Shown piece after piece: positions 43,401 to 55,341 of a stretch of DNA of 64,000 bases; positions within the stretch are counted from its first letter, which is position 1; each line of letters opens with the position of its first letter. The notes under the pieces are model-generated. The model ran no database searches, was not told the origin of the DNA, and was given only the letters and a program-made list of their open reading frames with translations. Source of the stretch: Camelus dromedarius (taxonomy: Eukaryota); NCBI RefSeq assembly GCF_036321535.1, contig NC_087447.1:46624001-46688000 (forward strand), given 5' to 3'. The position numbers were made by a program, and so were the translations under genes.

Positions 43401-45589
43401 GCCCTGGACACCTGGGTTTGACACGTTGGATAAGTCACCTTATCACCTTACCTCTTAGCGGCGTTCCATCACCTGTTGAAAGAACATAAAATTAATTCGA
43501 CAGGGTCCTGAATTCTCTCATTTCCTGACCGCAGTCTACCCACCTCCCACTCCCAATCTAGATAAATTATCCAGCTTTGCCCTACTGAAACATTAAACCA
43601 GCTTAGCCCCAGCCTCGGTGCCCCTCCCCCAAACTTTGCTGTCCAGAGCTGAATTGGGGCATTTCAAGAAAGGGAAGAGAACCTTTACAGGTAGCGAGAT
43701 CCCGTGGGGACTCACCCCAGAAACTCTGGACCAGAGCTATACCCGCCTTTGATCAGGAGAGGGCGCCCTGTCCCGTCTGTCACAGAACAGAAAGAGGCTC
43801 TCCTGCCGTCAGCCGTGGGTCTCTCCCCACAATGAGAGCGCTGATTCCCAGGAACCAGACCCCAGCCAGAGTTCCCTGCTGACCCTGACTGACCCATAAA
43901 GGAACCTGAGGGGGACTCCTGCCTACCTTTGTAAAGACCATCCTACCTCAACAGGGAAAAGGAAGGAAAGGACTAGAAATCTCTCCTACAGTTACAATGT
44001 GGGGCTGTCCGAGCACCTGCAGCAGGTGGAGGACCTCTGAGCTAGACACCATTACCATCACATTATGCCCCATTTAAATCCCCACAGTAATAATTAGCAC
44101 ATTTTGAGCATTCTTTGTGTCCCAGGCACTTTTCTACCTTTTACTTGTTATTCCATTTGATCCTCTAAAAAGCCCTATGAGGTAGATACTATTAATATCC
44201 CCACATTACCAATGGAAAACAGAGAAGGTAAGTTACCTACTCACATAGCTAGTAAATGTCAGAACCAGGACTCGAACCTGGCACCTGAGGCCATTCCCTT
44301 ACTGTCTACAAACTGTTAGTCCCACAAGGTAGCTATAATCACTACTTTGCAGATAGGGAAATGGAGGCTCAAATTAGATTAATTTGCCAGAGCTCTTTTG
44401 CATGCATCCACTTTTGTTCATTCATTCAGCCTGGGTCGCAACTGGGGCAAGCCCTTGGCAGGGCAATGGTGGGGGATCCACAGCTGTCTCTCTGAGTCTG
44501 CAGGGAAGGTGTCATTCTAAAAACTACTTTACTTGACTTTGAATTCTCCCCCACCCTGTCCTCTAAGGTCCCAGGGGCAAAGAATGATTAGTAAAACTTT
44601 AGTGAAAGAACCACCCCCATTCACTTCTGATAATTGGATTTAGGTTTCCTTCCTTGGGGCTTGTCTAGGTCCAACTCCCATATGCCTGCTCCTGGCCTTT
44701 GCTCCCTGTCTTAACCCTTTGTCTGTCCCTTTGGCCCTAGATAGAATTCCCTTAGGCTAGGTCCCTTCTCTGCCTCTAGACTACCCTCAATGCCTGAAAC
44801 TTGAGGTGCTCTAATCTCACCTTTAATTCTCTGGTGATTTGGGCAATTCACCACCCTACATTCCTAAGTCTCAGTTTCCTCACCTGTAAATTGGTTTTAG
44901 GACTATTCACATCATAGAGTTGTGAGAATTAGATGAGGTAATATAGCAGTATGCCAGGCACGTGGAAATCCTCAGTTGACTTCAGCTGTCATTGATGCTG
45001 TCTGAATCTGTTCCTTCCACTCAGTTGGAAAGACTATCTATCACCTATTTGATTTACAGGAGGGAAAGTGGAAGAAAATAATGAGTTCCTACTATGTGCC
45101 AGGGACTATATGTGCATTCTCTTATTCAGTCCATGTAATCATCTGATAAGGTAAGTGTGATGAAATCCATTTTACAGATGAAGTGGAACAAGCACCTAAG
45201 CATCTAGTTTTGCTCTTCAGCAGGCACTCAGTGTGTGCTGAATTGGTATGTGTCCCTTGTCCAAGTAGCCACTGCTGCTGTTGAAGCCTTCCAGTGTCTC
45301 CTGCCCTCCTGGTTGGTTTGCCTGGTACCTGGACACACCCCAGAGAGGTCTGTACCTGAAACAGCACCACCGTTTTCCAGCTTCAGCTGCAATTACCGCG
45401 CTGCAATTACCGCTCTGCCCTCCCTGTCCACATACATATACCAAATATCCCAAGATGACTGAGCATTTGTTTTCAGTGATGTTCCAGCCCCCAGGAGCAT
45501 GTAGAGGTGAGAGGCAGAAGAGGGGAAGTGAATGTGGGATGTAGTTGTCAGGGAAAGTTTCCTGTAGGAGATCTCCTTCACTCCTTCAC

Positions 45590-46080
45590 TGCCCTCTATC
45601 TTTCCATCATCCTTCCCATTACAGCCATATTGGCTCTTCTTACAACACAGATCTGATCACATCCCGCCCTTGCAAATTATTTAGTAACTTCCTCGGACTT
45701 TTAGGATAAACAGCAAATTCTTTAGTGTGGTATTATACACCCTTCATAATCTGGCCAGCCTCTACTCCAGAAACCACATATTTTACATTCTAGCTACACT
45801 CACCTCTTCCGTGAAGTTTTGCTTAACTTCCTCCTTACCTTTCCCTATCCCCCATGACCCGCTCACCTCCCCACTCCACAGGTGGCCTTAGATGGACTTC
45901 CATCACCCTTATTAGGGCTCTGTCCACGATGAAGCAAAATAATTTGTTGCCTGTCTCCCCTACCTTCCTGGGAGCTCACTTAAACACACCACCCCTACCT
46001 GTTCCATTTATTTCTACATCTCTGACCTTAGCCCAGGGACAGGCATACAGTAGGAGCCTAAAAAATATTCGCTCGATTAA
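45590..46080 (+). mobile_element. L2 LINE 3' fragment
   Basis: agatctgatcacatcc...ggcatacagtaggagcctaaaaaatatt. Confidence 0.7.
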
Positions 46081-46137
46081 TTTAATTGAACTGAGTTTTG
46101 AAGGATGGGCAAGATTTAGATACATCAAGAAGAAACT

Positions 46138-46272
46138 GGGGCAGGGTATAGCTCAGTAGTAAAGTGCATGCTTAGCATGCTTAGCATGCTTAGCATGCAC
46201 AAGGTCCTGGGTTCAACCCCCAGTCCCTCCATTAAAATAAATAAATAAACCTAATTAACAACTCACCCCCTT
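46138..46272 (+). mobile_element. Vic-type camelid SINE with triplicated anticodon loop; 3' flank N-masked
   Basis: ggggcagggtatagctcagtagtaaagtgcat(gcttagcat)x3 gcacaaggtcctgggttcaacc...aaataaacctaatt. Confidence 0.82.
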
Positions 46273-46804
46273 NNNNNNNNNNNNNNNNNNNNNNNNNNNN
46301 NNNNNNNNNNNNNNNNNNNNNNNNNNNNNNNNNNNNNNNNNNNNNNNNNNNNNNNNNNNNNNNNNNNNNNNNNNNNNNNNNNNNNNNNNNNNNNNNNNNN
46401 NNNNNNNNNNNNNNNNNNNNNNNNNNNNNNNTGTGGGGCAGAGTTAGCATGGCTGGGGGGTAGGTAAAAGGAACACAGATGGCAAACTCTGCCTTGTCTC
46501 CTGGCAGCCTCAGGAAACTCCTCCTGTGTTGAGAAGGAGTGTTCTTCCCAGAGATCTTTTTGAAGGCAGAGACATCCTTCTTGGATGGCTTTAAACTATT
46601 CACCCTAGGCTCACCCATCTTACTCTAGTTCCACTCTGCCTCAAATAATAATTACATCTTCATTGCTCTATAGAACATTCTTTGGCTCCCCTATCACTTC
46701 TAAGATGAAGTCCTAGTTTTCACTGAGCTCTTTCTCGGTCCCACATTTTTGTTCTCCCTGTTCATCTGGGCTGGAATGCATCTTTTTGCCTCTCAGCAAA
46801 TTCT

Positions 46805-48050
46805 GTCCTTCCTCTAAAGGTACTGATTAGCATGACACTCTAGTAAGTTAGGAAAGCATGTGGTAATTTCTAGAGAGATCACTAAAATAATAGAAAAAGA
46901 ATTTAATTTCCAAACTGACACAAGAGGGAAAATGAAATAATCCAAAAGACTAAGAAATGAGATTNNNNNNNNNNNNNNNNNNNNNNNNNNNNNNNNNNNN
47001 NNNNNNNNNNNNNNNNNNNNNNNNNNNNNNNNNNNNNNNNNNNNNNNNNNNNNNNNNNNNNNNNNNNNNNNNNNNNNNNNNNNNNNNNNNNNNNNNNNNN
47101 NNNNNNNNNNNNNNNNNNNNNNNNNNNNNNNNNNNNNNNNNNNNNNNATGTAAAATGGTATAGTTACTTTGGAAAACAGTTTGGCAGTTCCTCCAAAAGT
47201 TAAATATAGAGTTACCACCTGACCCTGCAAATCCACTCCTAGGGATAAACACAAGAGAACTGAAAACACACATCCACAGAACACTTGTACATAAATGTTC
47301 ACAGCAGTATTATTCATAGTGGAGTAATGGAATAATCATCATTAATGGTGGAAACAACTCAAATGCCACCCAACTCATGAATATGTAAACAAAATATGGT
47401 ANNNNNNNNNNNNNNNNNNNNNNNNNNNNNNNNNNNNNNNNNNNNNNNNNNNNNNNNNNNNNNNNNNNNNNNNNNNNNNNNNNNNNNNNNNNNNNNNNNN
47501 NNNNNNNNNNNNNNNNNNNNNNNNNNNNNNNNNNNNNNNNNNNNNNNNNNNNNNNNNNGACAGGAAGTAGATTAATAGTTGTGAGAAGCTGGGGGAAGAC
47601 GGAGATGGGGAATGACTGTTAATGGGTCTGGGGTTTCTTTTTGGGGTTATGAAAATGTTCTGGAATATTACAATGGTGATGGTTGCAACCTGTGACTATA
47701 CTAAAAACCTCTGAATTGTACATTTTAAATGGGTGAATGTGATATTATGTGAACTACATCACAATTTTATAAAAAATCTGGCAAAGAGCTGGACCTCAAT
47801 AAATGGCAGTTATTATCACCAACCCCCTCCACTCCCCCCCCAAAAAAAAAGGAGGAGAGAGAGAGAGCAGCAGAAACAGAATAGCTGGGACAAATAGAAA
47901 GTCTAAAATGTTAGATGAAACCGTAACTATACCAGTAAATTCATTCAATACAATTTACTAAATGCTCTAGTTAAAAGTCAAATGTATTCACACAAGATTA
48001 TAAAAATCTAATTATATGCCATTTATAAACATTACCCTTCCTTATATAGT
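46805..48050 (+). mobile_element. Mosaic of old L1M fragments, partly N-masked
   Basis: tggaaaacagtttggcagttcctc...gagttaccac; ggaaacaactcaaatg; terminal gtacattttaaatgggtgaatg. Confidence 0.75.
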
Positions 48051-48969
48051 CATAGGAAAAAAGAAGGAAATCAACATTTACTGAGTGCTTACTATGTGCC
48101 AAACAGGGACCCAATCCTTTGCAAATTCTACGATCTTATTTGACCTTCACAAGCACCTTCCTAAATAGAAACTATTGTGCCCATTTTATAGACAAGGAAA
48201 TTGGGGCTCAGAACAATTAAATAAAATGTGCAAGGTCTAAAAAATAGCAGACCTAGGACTTGAACTTAGATTTGTTTGAGTCTAACTCTGTGGCTCTTTC
48301 CAGTGTACCATATAAGAAATCTAGAATCATCTCTCTAGAAGGAAGTCTCTTGCCCTTTCATAATTCCGCAGCCCTTATTGGTCTCTTTCCTCCCTAGGCA
48401 TCAGCCCCTCATAGCTGCATAGAGTGAGTTCTCAGGGCATGTGTGGGAGAGACTGGGAGCTCCCAGGACAGAACTGAATTTACTTAGCTCTGTCTCACTT
48501 GGCCAGGGCAGTGTTGACCTGTGGACATCTCTGGGCTCCTGATGCCCAAGACAGGGACTGGCTCAGCAAACTCCTTGGCATTAGAGTAGAAGGAAGATGA
48601 TGGGATTCAAAAAGGGTGTTATGAGAATAAGACAGAGTAAGAGTATGTGGGTCCAGGAAGCCCTGGCCCACAAAGAAGTCCTTCCTAGGGCCACATACCT
48701 ACCAGAGTACCTAACAAGAGTGCTTGCTACTTAGAAATCACCATGATCACACAAAATTCCCCCCTGGAGCACTCCTTGTCCAATGTCTCCTCCTCCAGTC
48801 TTCCCACAAGTATACTCTTTTAAGGAGCCCAGCTCCTGAACATTTGCTAGTACTCTGGACTGAAAGTACTCACTTACTCAAGACATTTCTGAGCTCCTTT
48901 TCTGTGTCAGAATCCATGTAGTAGAATATTTAGAATGGGAATTCCTTAACATTTTTAAAGAACACAAAT

Positions 48970-49200
48970 AATGTCACTTTTTGAGGGCTTATGTGTACCA
49001 GGAACCATGACAAGTGTCTTATCTCATTTAATTCTCACAACTCTTGAGGCAAGTATAGTTATTATCCCTATTTAACAGACAAGAAAACTGAGGTTCAGAG
49101 GGGTTAAAAATTTTGCCCAAGTTCATACAGCTAATACATGGCTGAGCTCAGATTTAAACCCAGCATTCTCTGACTCGAGTCCCATGCTTTTATTCTACTT
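48970..49200 (-). mobile_element. MIR SINE
   Basis: aacagacaagaaaactgaggttcagagggtt...tttaaacccagc. Confidence 0.8.
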
Positions 49201-50527
49201 AAGAAAATAATTCACTCATTCATGCATCAAACATTTAATGTGTGCCTATGCTGTATACCTGCCCTTAGGGACACCAGAATAAACAGAGAAGAGGCTTAAA
49301 CATAGTTGGATTTGAGGATTGGAAGGTGAGAAATCAAAGGTTCAGGAAGGCAGTGAGGAAGCTACTGTAACTCTTCAGGTAGAGCTAATGGCTTTCTGAT
49401 GCAGAGTATAGGCAAGGGAAGGTGGAGGGAAGAGAGTGATGTATGGATGGAAGAGCTGGGGGAAGGTGTCCGGAGTCAGATGTTTAAACTAGGTTTACTA
49501 TTTGACCATTCATATATTTTTTTCTTCCTTCAAGCATCTACTGAACATCTACAGTGTACCAAGTTTTTCCTATCCATCATCTTATCTTTATGACTGCTCC
49601 ACTTTTTGACTAGTTACCTCTTGCCACCACTGGAAACCCAGAGTGGTTTATCTATGTTTTGGGCAGAGCTCATTTCTATCTTGTATTAATGTCCCAGGAG
49701 GAGAGGGTGGTGGAGCGGTATTCCTAGTAAGTTTTGCCTTCTCAGTACAGTCCCTGCTATTTTGTGTGGGACCCTCAGTCACTAGATCTAATTTCTAGAA
49801 CATGCTCAACCCATCCCCTTGAGATATCAGGCTTTTGCTCTGGGCAAAGCCTGGGGAGAAAGGAACACCAAGATGAAAATGAAGCTCTGAGCTCCGAGAT
49901 CCTGGGCACAGAGGATTGGAAAGGAGATAACAGAATACAAAGTAACAAGGCTGTAACAGAGGCCTGCCCAAGCATTACCTCAACTCCCTGGGAGAGATGG
50001 GCAAATGTATCCCAGAGGCGGCGGCAACATTTCAACCAGGCCTTTAAGAATAAGTAGGGGTTCCTAAAGTGCAGGTGGCAAAGAAGTTCTGAGAACTGTC
50101 ATTTGTACCAAACCCTAAGCTGAGCCATTTCCTTACATCTCTAATGCTCCTAACGTCTATTCTAGGGATTCAGAGAGGTAAAGGTTGTACTGGGGCTGGG
50201 ATGGGTCTGGAGACAAGGAGACCAGGTTTGGAGGGCCCGGAGCAGCTGCAGGCGAGCTACGCGGACAGACAGACCTCCTAGGAGGGCCCTCCAGCTCCGC
50301 TCGTGGTCTGTCCAGCAAGTGAGGGCAGGATCGCGGGGGAGCCTTCCCGTCACCGCCCGCGGACGAGGGCAAGGGAAGGGTAGAATAGTTACCATGCCAT
50401 CCTGGAGCCTTCACTCTGATTGGCCCGAGCCTCAGCAGCCGGAGTCTCTCCGCTCCAAGGGAGGGGGCGGAGCCTCTGCGTAGCGTCATCACTTTTCTCC
50501 CACACCCCGCCCGATGTAGCCACTCAC

Positions 50528-50620
50528 CAGCGCAGTCCGAGGGGCCCTTGTGACGTCACGACGCTCTCCTAGCTAACCGCAGCGACGAGGGGCGGGACTC
50601 CATGAACCTCCCACCGCCCC
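50528..50620 (-). other. PGAP2: Candidate PGAP2 distal non-coding exon 1 (5' boundary approximate)
   Basis: Donor CTG|GTGAGT at 50528/50527 in the NUP98 CpG island; human PGAP2 is recalled to have a distal start head-to-head with NUP98. Confidence 0.6.
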
Positions 50621-50834
50621 TCCCCTTTCCTCCCTCTAATTCCTCCTGTCCCTCCTCTTCCCCCTCTTCCCGTCTCCCGAAGACCGCCCTCACGTTCAGT
50701 TTCAAAAGACTCGTGGTCCAATGAATAACAGGGCGGACTTAGAGTGGCGGCGGCGCCTGCCAATGCGCAGACGGCGTGGGCGGAGCGCCCGGAGCGAGCC
50801 CCCGACGGCGGGCGGCGTGTGACGCAGTCGGGCC

Positions 50835-50985
50835 CTCTGCGCGCTGCGCCTGAAGCGGCGGTCGGTATCGGTGGTGGTGGCGGCGGCGACGGTTTCGTGG
50901 CGGCCACGCGCTGCTCGCTGAGCGGCGGGTGGCAGACGGGCCTAGGCCCTCAGTCCTGACACCTCCTCTCCCCCACCTCACGGCG
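50835..50985 (+). other. NUP98: NUP98 non-coding exon 1 (start approximate); coding exon 2 lies beyond the window
   Basis: ctgcgcgctgcgcctgaagcggcggtcgg...gacggtttcgtgg matches the recalled human NUP98 5'UTR; donor GCG|GTAAGT at 50985/50986; synteny agrees. Confidence 0.85.
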
Positions 50986-53249
50986 GTAAGTCGGAAGCCG
51001 GGGTTGTGGCGGCCGGGGACCGGCAGGCTCCTCCTCCCCTCAGGGCGGGCGGGTGCGCGGAGCGTCCCAGGCCCTCACAGCGCCGGAGTCTCGCGCCCCA
51101 GCGCGCACCTTCTGCCCTGAGGGAGGGGGCGGGGCCCGCCACCCTGGGGCCCCGAGGCGCGGCTCTCTGGGCCGGCGGAAGGAATCGCTATCCGTGGAGT
51201 CTGGGCCCCGGGGTCTCGCATTGCAGTCTACGTTGCGGGAGCGTCTCTCTGGCTGGTCGTACTCATTCATTTGCCCGGCGGTGATTAGGTGGGCCTGCCC
51301 TTTGCGGGAGCAGCGCCTTAAGACCCTGCATACGGTCTCCCCAGCACTTCCTTGACCGTCGTGCGGAATGAGCTGTATATGCCTTGGCTTCTCCTAGGGG
51401 AAATTTGCAGTCCCCGGGGAGGGTGGGTGGGTCGGCAGTTGGTTAGCTTTTTAGAACACTATCTGAGAATTAAGATAGGTTTAATGGCGTGAAAGCTTAT
51501 TTTCTGTTCTCCCACGTGTTCCATGTAAAGCTAGATCAAGAGAAAGGTGAGGTTTCCAGATTACTATAGTCATAAAGACCTTAAAAATTAAGTCAATCCC
51601 CCTACCCTACAGCACGTGCAAGTTTTATAGCTGGAGAAACCAAGGCCCAGAGAAGAAACAGGATTAGCCAGTGCCAGTTCTGACTCAATCTAGAAATTTT
51701 TCTACTACACCACCCTCCAAGGGTGTTCCAGCTTGCCATTACTGAGGATTCTCTTTGGAAGGGGTTAAGGTGGGGACATTTGGTAGTGAGAAGCAGACAT
51801 AGTCTTCCACAGCGTTTCCGATTTAGTTGCCACCAGCTCTGTTCTTGGTAAGGTAGAAGCATCGTTAGTGGTACCCTAACCTAGACCATGAGAACTAAAC
51901 TTAAAAGTTGGTTCAAGAATGTCAGTTATGTTATATATTGGAAATGAATCGATAAACTACATGCCATTGGCTGGTTTCCTGTTCCAGATCTAACATTTTT
52001 ATTTGTGTCAGCTGCTGGAGACTCAGAAGGAAGCATCCAGCTAGTGATCTACAACAGTATTGGAATAGAAAGCAGGAAATACGGACAAGACTTAGAAAGG
52101 TACACAGCAGTCATTTTGTACCTCTCGTACCTTTGAACCCATAGCTGCTCTCTGTTACTGAATTCAAGAATTGCAGTAGAATAATGTGAGAAAATTAAAC
52201 TGTTGGGGGAGAAGCTAACGAAGAAAGGAAAGAGCAGTGATCATTCACTGAGACAGTCTTATAAATGCAGAAAGAAACACTTGTTAACTGAGTGACAGAT
52301 GGTGTGTTTGGAACTTGGTGGAAGAAGTTGGGATATTTAACAAAAGCAGAGGTTGGACAGGAAGAAGTACTGGGAAATACTTTGATGGAGTTATTTTTTG
52401 ACTCTTCATTGAGATATGATGAAATTGAATTAGTTGCTACTTTGATCTGTTCACATCAGTCAGATCGTCACTTTCCCCTTGTTTAGATGATGAAGCAAAA
52501 ACTGAAAAACAGTAGTGTATAAGAGAAGATGAGAACTGTAGCCTTAATACCAAGAGGTGAACAGGGTGTATTTTCTGTGACATTTTCTCGGTTCAAACAT
52601 CACTCTCTTCTGGGAAGCCTTTCCTGGCATTCTCTCCCCTGCAAGCTCCCATAACACTTATTTGATACTTCTATTTATAGCAAAAATCATTTTGTATTTT
52701 AGTTGTTTGTCTTTTTATTAGATTGTGGTAAAATATTTTTTGTGTTATTTTGTATTCAGGTTGCTTGGCACACAGTAGGCCCTCAGTACGTGTGCTTGCT
52801 TGAATGAATAAACAAATATGGAGAAGTTAAGCCTAAAAATAGTCTATAAAGAAACTGTGTACTCCTGAAATTTGAGGCCCAAATAAGAGGACCCTTAACA
52901 TTCATGTGTCACATGGTACTTCGGTACCTGACTTTATTCATGTCCACTTGCTCCTAGGTAGCTAAGAGCAAGCACAACTTTCAGGGAACCAAGTTCACAG
53001 CTTGGAAAAATTGGTTATATTACTTTATCGTGATATTATTTTTGTAGTAGCAGTTAACCTTAGGAAGTTAGAGGTAGTATACGATGTTTAATTTTCAATA
53101 AAGAGCTCATCTGTAATCATGCAGTTTTTCAAAAGCTTCGGGCACTAAGAAATGTAGAGATTTAACAATAGGTGTTAGAGACAAGGTATGTAAACAATGT
53201 CTCGAGAATTTGGTGCATTCTTTGCATTTGGAATTGAACTAAGTATTTG

Positions 53250-53398
53250 ACATTTGTGTATGGCACGATGTTTAGTAGTATTTTATTCGTTAAGATATCC
53301 ATAACACCCCCTCCCCAAATTGTAACAAACAAGAGTATCTCCAAACATTGTCAGATGTCCTCTGGAAGGCAGAACTGCCCTTGAGTGAGACCACTGCT
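53250..53398. mobile_element. MER20-like hAT-Charlie fragment
   Basis: ttgtaacaaacaagagtatctccaaacattgtcagatgtcc...gagaccactg matches the recalled MER20 terminus. Confidence 0.7.
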
Positions 53399-54070
53399 CT
53401 AAAGAAAACATTCCCAGTATTTCAATAAACATCTTACCTTTGTCTTGTCTTGTCTATAAGCATGTGGAGTCAGCTAATAAGTTGCATTTGGTGAAAATTG
53501 TCCCTGAAAACTGCTCTAAATTGTTGAAATCTGGTATTGGGAAGCTGAAAAACTAAGAGTGCTAGAGTTACTTTCTTTAGTTTCTCCTTTCATTTCTATG
53601 GTAGCCTCCCTTTCTTTGGGGTAGGAGAGATCAAAGTCTTGTATGAGATTCATATAAGATCCCTTGTATGAAAAGGGATCCGCCATTGGGTAAATAGAAC
53701 AATGTTTATTTCTGTTTTTGCAGAAGAGGGCAAAAGAGCTTGTGGTTGAATTGATGTAATTAAATGTGGTGTTACGTGATTCTGTTATCTTTCCATTTCA
53801 CTCGTACACTTGATGCTACGTGAATCGAGGTCTTGTCCCGTTATACTGATTCTGAGAATTTAATAAACACTGCCACATTGAAGAGTTTGTACTAAATTAG
53901 TGTATTGCAAAACAATTACAACTTTTTAGTAGAGAAATTATTTCTTAAAATATAGCCCCAATTAGCTAAGTCTGATACCAAGAGTGAGTTCAAGCTGGTA
54001 GGTAGTAGGGTAAATATTGGAAGATAATGAAACTGGAGTCATGAATTAGAAGGAGGGTATAGCATTGGTC

Positions 54071-55341
54071 TAGCAGTTCTCACAGTTTAAGATCTTGGGA
54101 TTCTTTTGTACTTTTAAGAAATATAAGACTCAGCAGCTTTTGTTTATGTGGGTTATACTTACTCATTTACTGTATGAGAAACTGAAACCAATTTTTTTAA
54201 AGATTTATTGGTTAAAAAGCAATAAACTCATTTGTTAATATAAATAACTATGAAAAATTACCAAAAATTAGTGAGAAGAGTGACATCGTTTTACGTTTTT
54301 GCAAATCTCTTTCATGTTTGGCTTAATAGAAGACCACTAGCTTTGCAAATCTTTTGCTTTCAGATGGTTGTTATATTGCTTTGGTTGAAGTTTGTGAAGA
54401 AAATCCAGCCTCATACAGATACAGTAGTTGGAAAAGGAAGGAATGCTTTAATAGCCTTTTCAAATAATTATATTCTCTTTTGACACTGCACTCAAACGTT
54501 TTTTAAAGGTTTGTTGCAACATGGGCTCTGAAACCATATCATTGAACTTTTGTACAATGTTACATTAAAATTCGTTGGTATATCTTGTACTTTGAATGGG
54601 TGTTTACCCATGCATGATTTTATGACATCACATATTGGTCTTTCAGAAATCATTAGTTCACTGAGTTAGACAGCTCTTCCAAATGTTGACAAGTTTATAG
54701 TTGCTAATGTTTCCACCCATTTCATCAGATAAATCTTAAGAATTGGGAAACTGACAAGCTCATAGTGGTGTACTCAAGTTTTCAAGATTCCAATTTTCAC
54801 TTCAGATCTAAGTAACTATAGTTTGTCATTTGTTATTTGAAATTAAAATGGTGTTCCATGAAAAAGAAATCAGTTGATGCAGCTTTCTACTCAAAAGTAA
54901 TCACAATCACACAAGTGTTTTTCCTTGGGCCAACCCTTGTATTTCAATATGTAGAAGTGCTTTTGAGTACTTCCCATTTCACCCCAAAGAATAATCACAC
55001 AGAATATTAGAAAGATGTGTACTGAAATGTTGACAATAATACAATCAGTTTTTACTGCTTCATCAAGGACATTCAAGAGAAAGTGGATTTGTTTGTATGT
55101 GTGCTGTATGTGAGTAGCAGTGAAGAATTTAGTGACTACACTTTGGGGCCATTGTCTTGTTTTATGCTCAGGTTCCAACAGTTTTATCCACCATTACGTG
55201 TAAAAGTCAGCACAGTGAAAAAAAAAAAAAAGGCAAATGATGTCTTAGGGTTATTATGAAAATAGTTTTGATTTCATGGGCCCCGTGGAAAAGGTCTTGG
55301 GGCCTTCTGGGAGCCTTTGGACTGCACTTTGAGAACCACTC
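54071..55341 (-). mobile_element. Charlie1-type hAT transposon derivative with both termini
   Basis: Right end on the minus strand gagtggttctcaaagtgcagtcc...caaaactattttcataata matches the recalled Charlie1 5' end; left terminus tagcagttctcacagt. Confidence 0.75.

Larger units (their letters stand above)
50230..51370. promoter_or_regulatory. Bidirectional NUP98/PGAP2 CpG-island promoter
   Basis: Dense CpG; full CRE TGACGTCA at 50551-50558; CCAAT at 50718 and 50760; GC box at 50731. Confidence 0.8.

Noticed and set aside
46138-46200. Short direct repeats reminiscent of a CRISPR array
   Set aside because: Eukaryotic DNA, 9-nt units with no spacers, inside a SINE.
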